A stretch of DNA of 32,000 nucleotides from Cylindrospermopsis raciborskii Cr2010 (GTDB lineage: Bacteria; Cyanobacteriota; Cyanobacteriia; Cyanobacteriales; Nostocaceae). Made by a program: the position numbers and the translations under genes. Positions within the stretch are counted from its first letter, which is position 1. Each line of letters starts with the position of its first letter. The DNA is taken from contig NZ_CP065936.1 of the NCBI RefSeq assembly GCF_003367075.2, positions 450,001 through 482,000 of the forward strand, read 5' to 3'. A model generated the notes under the pieces. It saw only the letters and a program-made list of their open reading frames with translations. It had not been told where the DNA came from and did not search any database. Below are positions 26,553 through 32,000 of this stretch, piece after piece.

Positions 26553-26849
26553 GAAAAATCAAGACATGCGATCGCTTTAGCACTAATGCTTATGGAGTTG
26601 CTGATGTTAGTCCAGCGCTTGACAGGCGTATTCAAAACCTTACTTTTCACGGAGAACGGGAAAAATATAAATGTTTTGACAGGCGATCGCTTTGGAGTAG
26701 AGTAATAGTAAAAAGGCTTAGGTAAAAAGAGCGATCGCACTCGAAACTATAAAAGAAGTGCGATGCGCCAGGATATATGAGATTTTCCAAGCTATATCAA
26801 ATGGTCACAGAAATCAGGTTTCGTCTTGGTATTCAGAAAGCGATCACAT

Positions 26850-27770
26850 CTAGTCTAATAACTCTTCTAAGTCCTTCAGGAGTTTTTCTAGTTTCTTAGT
26901 TTTCTTGACATCCTCCCAGACCTTAGTATTCTTTAACCTTTTGGCGATAGCGGTGTATCTTGTTCTCAAACTTTCTTCAATAGTAGTTTCTGCTGATTTC
27001 GAGATCTTGAGTAACTGCTTAATTTCATTAAGTGACAAATTGTCACTTATAGCTTTATTGATTAGTTCGTTACGTTTACCTTCATCCTTAACTTGGGCTA
27101 TGACCCTAGCTTTAGTGTATTGAAGTTTTCCCTGACGTAATACATCTAGTAAATCACCAGGTAAATTCAACAGTGGTAAACGGCTAGTCCTGAAACTTTC
27201 AGCACTAAACTTTCCAATCGTAGAAAAGACCTTCTCTATGGTTTCTATCTGACGGAAAACGTTTTCCGTCAATTCCAAGTTACGTCTTTTGTTATTAGCA
27301 GCTTGGTTAAGAATTGAGATAATGTCACTAGGCGCTACATCAAGTTGAATGCCAAGCAATTCCAGAATTCCCTCAGTTTCTTCCAGGGGGCTGAGATCTT
27401 CCCGCTGTAAGTTTTCTAGTAAAGTGATTTGCGACCTTTGAATATCAGATAGATCTTTTGAGATAATCGGGACTTCTTTTAAACCTATTATTTGAGCTGC
27501 TCTGAGTCGGCGTTCACCAGCCACCAATTCGTATTCGCCAGAAACTCCAGAAAAAGGACGCACTAATAAAGGTTGTAAAATACCGTGTTCTTGAATTGAT
27601 TGTGCTAAATGATTTAGTTTTTCAACATCAAAATAACGACGCGCTTGCTTGGCAGGTAATCTGATTTTATCAATACTAATGGTAGTGGTTGGAGATTCCA
27701 CATCCATGTTTATGCTTAATAAATCTTGTATGCCACGCATTCTTGGGAGTTCGAGAGTTTTTTTGACCAT
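26850..27770 (-). CDS. parB: ParB/Spo0J-family partition protein
   Basis: ParB box ILQPLLVRP...YELVAGERRLRAAQIIGLKEVP. Its start overlaps the parA stop by 1 nt (TAATG). Confidence 0.85.
   Translation of the reverse strand: MVKKTLELPRMRGIQDLLSINMDVESPTTTISIDKIRLPAKQARRYFDVEKLNHLAQSIQEHGILQPLLVRPFSGVSGEYELVAGERRLRAAQIIGLKEVPIISKDLSDIQRSQITLLENLQREDLSPLEETEGILELLGIQLDVAPSDIISILNQAANNKRRNLELTENVFRQIETIEKVFSTIGKFSAESFRTSRLPLLNLPGDLLDVLRQGKLQYTKARVIAQVKDEGKRNELINKAISDNLSLNEIKQLLKISKSAETTIEESLRTRYTAIAKRLKNTKVWEDVKKTKKLEKLLKDLEELLD
27250..27271. promoter_or_regulatory. 22-bp perfect palindrome inside parB (candidate parS/operator)
   Basis: tgacggaaaacgttttccgtca is perfectly self-complementary. The same core recurs upstream of parA. 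Confidence 0.5.
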
Positions 27771-28516
27771 TAGAGTTTTTCCATACCCTTCGCTATCTCT
27801 TTCAGTACCGTCAGCGCCTGATGTTTTGGGTCATACACGGCTAATGGTTGACTATTCATTGCCGCATCTGCAAAAGCTGTGGCGCGGGGGATTTTTGGAT
27901 ATACCTTCCCCAACATTGATAACTGCCGCTCTAAACCATCCAGTATTACCTTATCTTGGTTCGCGTTAACGTATAAGGTTGGCACAAACCCAGCAATATT
28001 CAAGTTTGTATTAATATGTTGTTTTACCTGTTTAATGCTATCCAGTAATAGTTCTGTTCCTTTGTATGCCTTATAATGTGTTTGAACTGGAATTAAGGCA
28101 TAACTAGCAGCAGATAAACCGAGAATACTGAGAATACCGAGGGAAGGGGGGCAGTCAATGAAAATAAAGTCGTAGTTGTGGGAGATAGGTTCCAGGACTT
28201 GTTTTAATCTGGTCTCCCTCGCCATCACACCAGCTAATTGTAATTCTACAGCACTGAGAGTTATATTTGCTGGGGCTAGATCCATACCGTGTAAATTATG
28301 GATTGGTAATTTAGCTCCTGGGTTAAGAAGTGGATTGGAGATGATTTCATTAAGCTCGTGGGGTTGAATCCCCATAAATGTGGTTAGAGATGCTTGTGGG
28401 TCTAGGTCAATGAGTAGGACCTTATATTTTTTTGCCAGATCATAACCCAGGTTCATTGTCAGGGTGGTTTTCATCACCCCACCCGCTTGGTTAAAGACAG
28501 CGATAGTTTTAGTCAT
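27770..28516 (-). CDS. parA: ParA/Soj-family partition ATPase with an atypical deviant Walker A
   Basis: IAVFNQAGGVMKTTLTMNLG, VLLIDLDPQASLT and IFIDCPPSLG motifs. Confidence 0.85.
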   Translation of the reverse strand: MTKTIAVFNQAGGVMKTTLTMNLGYDLAKKYKVLLIDLDPQASLTTFMGIQPHELNEIISNPLLNPGAKLPIHNLHGMDLAPANITLSAVELQLAGVMARETRLKQVLEPISHNYDFIFIDCPPSLGILSILGLSAASYALIPVQTHYKAYKGTELLLDSIKQVKQHINTNLNIAGFVPTLYVNANQDKVILDGLERQLSMLGKVYPKIPRATAFADAAMNSQPLAVYDPKHQALTVLKEIAKGMEKL

Positions 28517-28542
28517 GTTCTCTTTTTAGGGGTCTTGACTAA

Positions 28543-28575
28543 ATTATAACATTGACGGAAAACGTTTTCCGTCAA
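28543..28575 (-). promoter_or_regulatory. 24-bp perfect palindrome abutting a TATAAT box upstream of parA (candidate operator/parS plus promoter)
   Basis: On the - strand the sequence reads TTGACGGAAAACGTTTTCCGTCAA tgt TATAAT (palindrome 28552-28575, -10 at 28543-28548). It lies ~27 nt upstream of the parA ATG. Confidence 0.5.
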
Positions 28576-29082
28576 ATAATCTCTGAACTATTTCAATTAC
28601 TTTTCGCTCAATGAGTATCTGATTTTTCTGTTCTGTTTATCAAAACAATTCCCCTGATATCTAACATACACATCCTCATCACAAGTACAGATGCTGAAAA
28701 AATAGAAAAACAAGTTAAACCAGTAGCAACAAGAACACGCTCTTTGTATAAAATTTTTGGGGAAGCGTTGAAGAAAGTTGAGGTGTCTCAATTAATGGAG
28801 TTTCAGGAAGTCCTTCGCAAGAAACAGGCAGAGATTGAAGAATTAATCCAGGAAAAAGCTGTCAAGGATCATAAGGTTTAAAAAGTTGAGGCTCTGTTAG
28901 TGGAGAAATAGACAGGAGAGGTAAGAAAATGCAGAAATACAATTTGAGTTATGGTAGTTACCTTTATATATACTACTAAATAAGACCATAGATAGTTTTA
29001 AAAACCAACACAAAACCAAAAACAAATGCTAAAATTGAGTAGATGAGACTACTTTCCAACCCTGCACCCCCTCTTATCAACC

Positions 29083-29919
29083 GTGCGCCAACCTTTAACC
29101 ACTCCCCTTGCTGGGGAATCCCTCAATCTCCCAGATCACACCCAGCTACCAGACTCTGATGATAATTTCGTGAAGAATTTCCAAGAACACCCACAAAGCA
29201 TAATATTAACCACATCAATTGAACCCTTACTAAAAGAAATCCATCCCAATGGAGACTATTGCATAGGACAAGATAGTGGTATATATTGGCGGTTCACATA
29301 ACTTCCGGAAAAAGGTGTAGAAGCACCAGATTGGTTCTATGTTCCTGGAGTGCCATCCAGACTAAATGGGCAATTGAGAAGGTCCTATGTGCTATGGAAG
29401 GAAAAAGTACCTCCCTTCATAGTGATAGAATTTGCGTCTAAAAATGGGAAGGAGGAAAAAGACAGTTCTCCTCCACCAGAAGGAGATGAAATAGATCCAG
29501 AAACCGGGAAACTAAAAAAAGCGGGGAAGTTTTGGGTGTACGAACAAGCGGTAAAAGTATCATACTATGCTATATTCAATAGTTTTAAAGGTACACTGGA
29601 GGTATATCATTTACAGGGAAAAAGATACAAAGAAATCAAGGCAAACAGGCAAGGACACTATGCCATACAAGAGATGGGCATAGAATTGGGAATACTGTAT
29701 GACAACCAGAACCCACCCACACCGTGGTTAAGATGGTGGGATGAAAAAGGGAGCTTGTTATTGACGAGAAATGAGCGTGCGGAACAAGCAGAAGCTATTG
29801 CTATTCGGGAACGCTTAGCAAAGGAGCAGGCGGAAGCTATTGCTATTCGAGAACGCCAACAAAAAGAAAAACTAGTTGCCTATCTACGTTCCCTTGGTAT
29901 TGACCCAGAGAAAATATAA
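29083..29919 (+). pseudogene. Uma2-family (DUF820) endonuclease gene interrupted by one in-frame TAA
   Basis: ORFs 29083-29301 and 29350-29919 share a frame. Across the stop the reading is ...GQDSGIYWRFT*LPEKGVEAPDWFYVPGVPSRLNG, which is continuous with Uma2 homolog architecture. The TAA is at 29299-29301. Confidence 0.75.
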
Positions 29920-29969
29920 AATAAATTCCCAAAAAGACCAAACTATGTAAAGACGAATAGGATAAGTGG

Positions 29970-30036
29970 GTGAGTGGAATTAAACACAAGATGAACGTAG
30001 GTTGGGTTGAGGAACGAAACCCAACGCCCCCATGGG
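29970..30036. repeat. Small dispersed repeat fragment
   Basis: gtgagtggaattaaacacaagatgaacgtaggttgggttgaggaacgaaacccaac..cccccatggg matches 9716-9775 and array-unit segments. Confidence 0.8.
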
Positions 30037-30397
30037 CATCCTACAAATAATTGTGCCTCCGTACTTGCTAGTAAATGAAAAGCTCCTCACAAGAAAATCG
30101 CCGAAAGGCACGGAAGCCACTTGGCTTTAGACAGGAAGTGCCAACGGCGAATTTATTCGCCTTGATATTTAACCGTGATGCGGATCTTCAATATTGCAGT
30201 GTTGTCTTTATGTTATTTTGTGGCTGCTATTGACAAGTAAGTCTTATCTGAGGCTATACTTTCGGAATAAACTTAAAGTAGCGGTGATGCTAAGAATTAA
30301 TTTTAGCAGAATCAGTACAGGCTGTTTAAACCAGCCTCAGAAAGTTCGTTTATGGACTGTTCAGAAATCTCCGTGTCTTTAGACCGGAGAAGCTTAA

Positions 30398-30547
30398 CTC
30401 GATAATTTGGTTACGGATTTAAGACGAGGTGCTAAACTCAGACGTGCTGACCTCTCTCGTGCTGAGGTGGGAGGTACTAGTTTCAAGAATGCTAAGCTGA
30501 ACCCTGAATGGCAATTTCTCCAACTATACGATACCGGAGAAGCTTAA
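30398..30547 (+). pseudogene. C-terminal pentapeptide-repeat remnant
   Basis: My translation is LDNLVTDLRRGAKLRRADLSRAEVGGTSFKNAKLNPEWQFLQLYDTGEA*. It has no ATG and a stop lies immediately upstream. Confidence 0.4.
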
Positions 30548-30600
30548 TCTTAGTAATTACCCCCCAGTTCCTTCTCAAGGGAAAAACCTGAATGTATTGA

Positions 30601-30748
30601 GGGGCGATTGCGCAGCACTCCCTACGGGAGATTGCCAACTACCCGTTATTTTTTGAATTAATCCATACCTGGAGACTGTCTATTGGGGAGACCGGGAATC
30701 AATTTTGGGTCTCAAAGCGAAAGTAGGTTTAAAACCGACTAGTTTTGT
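30601..30748. repeat. Mosaic of small dispersed repeats
   Basis: gcgcagcactccctacgggagattgcc, cctggagactgtc, gagaccgggaatcaatt..ggtctcaaagc and aaaaccgactagttttg all match modules of the 359-bp unit (inverted orientation). Confidence 0.8.
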
Positions 30749-30846
30749 GATATTGTAAGTTGAGTTCAATAACTCAACATCCCTAAACAAACTATGTTAT
30801 ATTAAATTAAACCGATTAAGTCAGTACCAAAGTGGGAGGTATAGAC

Positions 30847-31614
30847 ATGGTGAGGCAAATTGTACCAGAAACTGAACCGGGGGGGATAAAATCTGATAAA
30901 AATCAGCTTGGAGAGACAATCGTCCCTCAAATTGTCTACCCAGAAAGTGATAATAAACCTATGGCGGATAACACTAGACAATTTACATGGATTGTCAAAA
31001 TTAAGGAAAATTTAGAAATACTATTTAAGTCTAACCTAGATGTGTTTGTAGCTGGGGACTTATTTTGGTATCCAGTAGAGGGTAGCAACAAAATTAAACT
31101 AGCTCCCGATACCATGGTGGTGTTTGGGAGACCCAAGGCACACCGGGGGTCTTATCGACAGTGGGAAGAAGATAATATTCCTCCCCAGGTGGTTTTTGAA
31201 ATTTTATCTCCCGGGAATACTCAAGATGAAATGGACAAAAAAAAGCTGTTTTATCTGAAACATGGAGTAGAAGAGTATTATGTGTATGACCCAGATAGAA
31301 TTAGTCTAGAAGTATCTATTAGAGAAAATAATTCATTTAAAGAGATTAAGGATTTTAGTGTTTGGACTAGTCCAAGATTGGATGTACGGTTTGATATGAC
31401 GGGAGATGAATTAGTCATCTATTATCCAGACGGTGGTAGGTTTCTTAGTTCTGTAGAGTTGAGTAATTATGCAGAACAAGAAACCCAACGTGCAGAACGT
31501 GAAAAATTGCTTAAAGAACAAGAAAGATTTCTCAAAGAGCAGGAACAAATAAAGTATCAAACCTTGCTATCACAATTAAAAGCTAAGGGTATTGATATTA
31601 CTGCACTCGAATAA
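30847..31614 (+). CDS. Uma2-family (DUF820) endonuclease with a C-terminal coiled-coil tail
   Basis: PESDNKPMADNTRQ...VFVAGDLFWYP...APDTMVVFG...PPQVVFEILSPGN...KKKLFYLKHGVEEYYVYDP. The ATG at 30847 is preferred over the GTG at 30832. Confidence 0.8.
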   Translation: MVRQIVPETEPGGIKSDKNQLGETIVPQIVYPESDNKPMADNTRQFTWIVKIKENLEILFKSNLDVFVAGDLFWYPVEGSNKIKLAPDTMVVFGRPKAHRGSYRQWEEDNIPPQVVFEILSPGNTQDEMDKKKLFYLKHGVEEYYVYDPDRISLEVSIRENNSFKEIKDFSVWTSPRLDVRFDMTGDELVIYYPDGGRFLSSVELSNYAEQETQRAEREKLLKEQERFLKEQEQIKYQTLLSQLKAKGIDITALE

Positions 31615-31757
31615 ACTATTACCTGCACCAGAATACCCTTGGAAGGTTTTTAAAAACTGGAGTTTATACTAAAGAGCGCAGCACTCCCTGCAGGAGATCG
31701 TCTCCCTACATCTTCTCAAGGGAAAACTGTGAACCTGCTTACCGGGCGACAAAGTGG

Positions 31758-31982
31758 TCAAACAGCTTGTTTCATAAGGGATAGAGCCTGAAAGCCACGC
31801 TTGAAAAAGAGGCGTTTATGAAGTTTAAGACTAATTAAGCTTAGAGCTAAATCAGCCCATAGTTCCATGCCGTAAATCCATAATTGTCCGTAAACAGCAA
31901 AGCTAAAATCACTCTGACGTGGGTAATTGTCCTGATGTTGTTGAATCCGTCCAGCATAAGTCTCTATCCCTAATTTTTTCAT
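31758..31982 (-). CDS. Hypothetical 74-aa ORF, unassigned
   Basis: Only an ORF call with no recognisable motif, and it lies close to the window edge. Confidence 0.2.
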   Translation of the reverse strand: MKKLGIETYAGRIQQHQDNYPRQSDFSFAVYGQLWIYGMELWADLALSLISLKLHKRLFFKRGFQALSLMKQAV

Positions 31983-32000
31983 CCGTTGACCGTACGGCCA

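Noticed and set aside
26421-26740. ORFs 26421-26705 (+), 26525-26740 (-) and 26543-26725 (+) next to IS1 copy 2
   Set aside because: They start inside the IS, antisense to the transposase, or run through HIP1-rich intergenic DNA. The equivalent ORF at copy 1 (19142-19333) has a different C-terminus, so these are flank-dependent read-through artefacts.
28597-28791. 64-aa ORF (-) upstream of parA, and a possible + strand small ORF ending at 28881 (…MEFQEVLRKKQAEIEELIQEKAVKDHKV)
   Set aside because: The - strand ORF is Cys/Phe-rich with no motif. The + strand frame has an ATG only for the last 28 codons and no clear start upstream. Evidence is insufficient to call either one.
30194-30382. 62-aa ORF (+)
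   Set aside because: It has no motif and an odd composition, and it lies among repeat and pentapeptide remnants. It is probably non-coding.

Overview
The window is cyanobacterial DNA. It has dense HIP1 GCGATCGC sites, low-to-moderate GC by eye, and Nostocales-type small dispersed hairpin repeats. From 1 to 6.8 kb on the + strand there is a translationally coupled polysaccharide operon. It carries all four steps expected for GDP-D-glycero-alpha-D-manno-heptose synthesis (GHMP kinase, nucleotidyltransferase, SIS isomerase, GmhB phosphatase) plus a transaldolase-family gene. A GT2, a WbaP-type polyprenyl-phosphate sugar transferase and GalE follow. A Wzc-type co-polymerase/tyrosine kinase lies at 10.1-12.4 kb on the - strand. 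Between them is a non-coding, near-perfect tandem array of a 359-bp unit (about 5.5 copies) built from nested hairpin repeats. From 12.6 kb onward the region looks accessory and decaying. It holds an orphan HigA-like antitoxin next to a 5'-truncated toxin remnant. A ~1.3-kb unit is amplified three times and carries paralogous genes with variable 51-bp and 27-bp intragenic repeats; the first copy has lost its putative catalytic core in frame. There are also DUF2442, DUF4160 and UPF0175 small genes and fragments. Two identical 756-bp IS1-family elements bracket a plasmid-type replication module (small RHH gene plus a 1170-aa AEP-primase/Zn-ribbon/SF2-helicase/HTH protein). parAB follows, with a 22-24 bp perfect palindrome present twice, and then two Uma2-family endonuclease genes, one with an in-frame stop. 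A 33-bp HIP1-headed element recurs at almost every rearrangement junction. All functional calls come from motif recognition by eye; no database search was possible.
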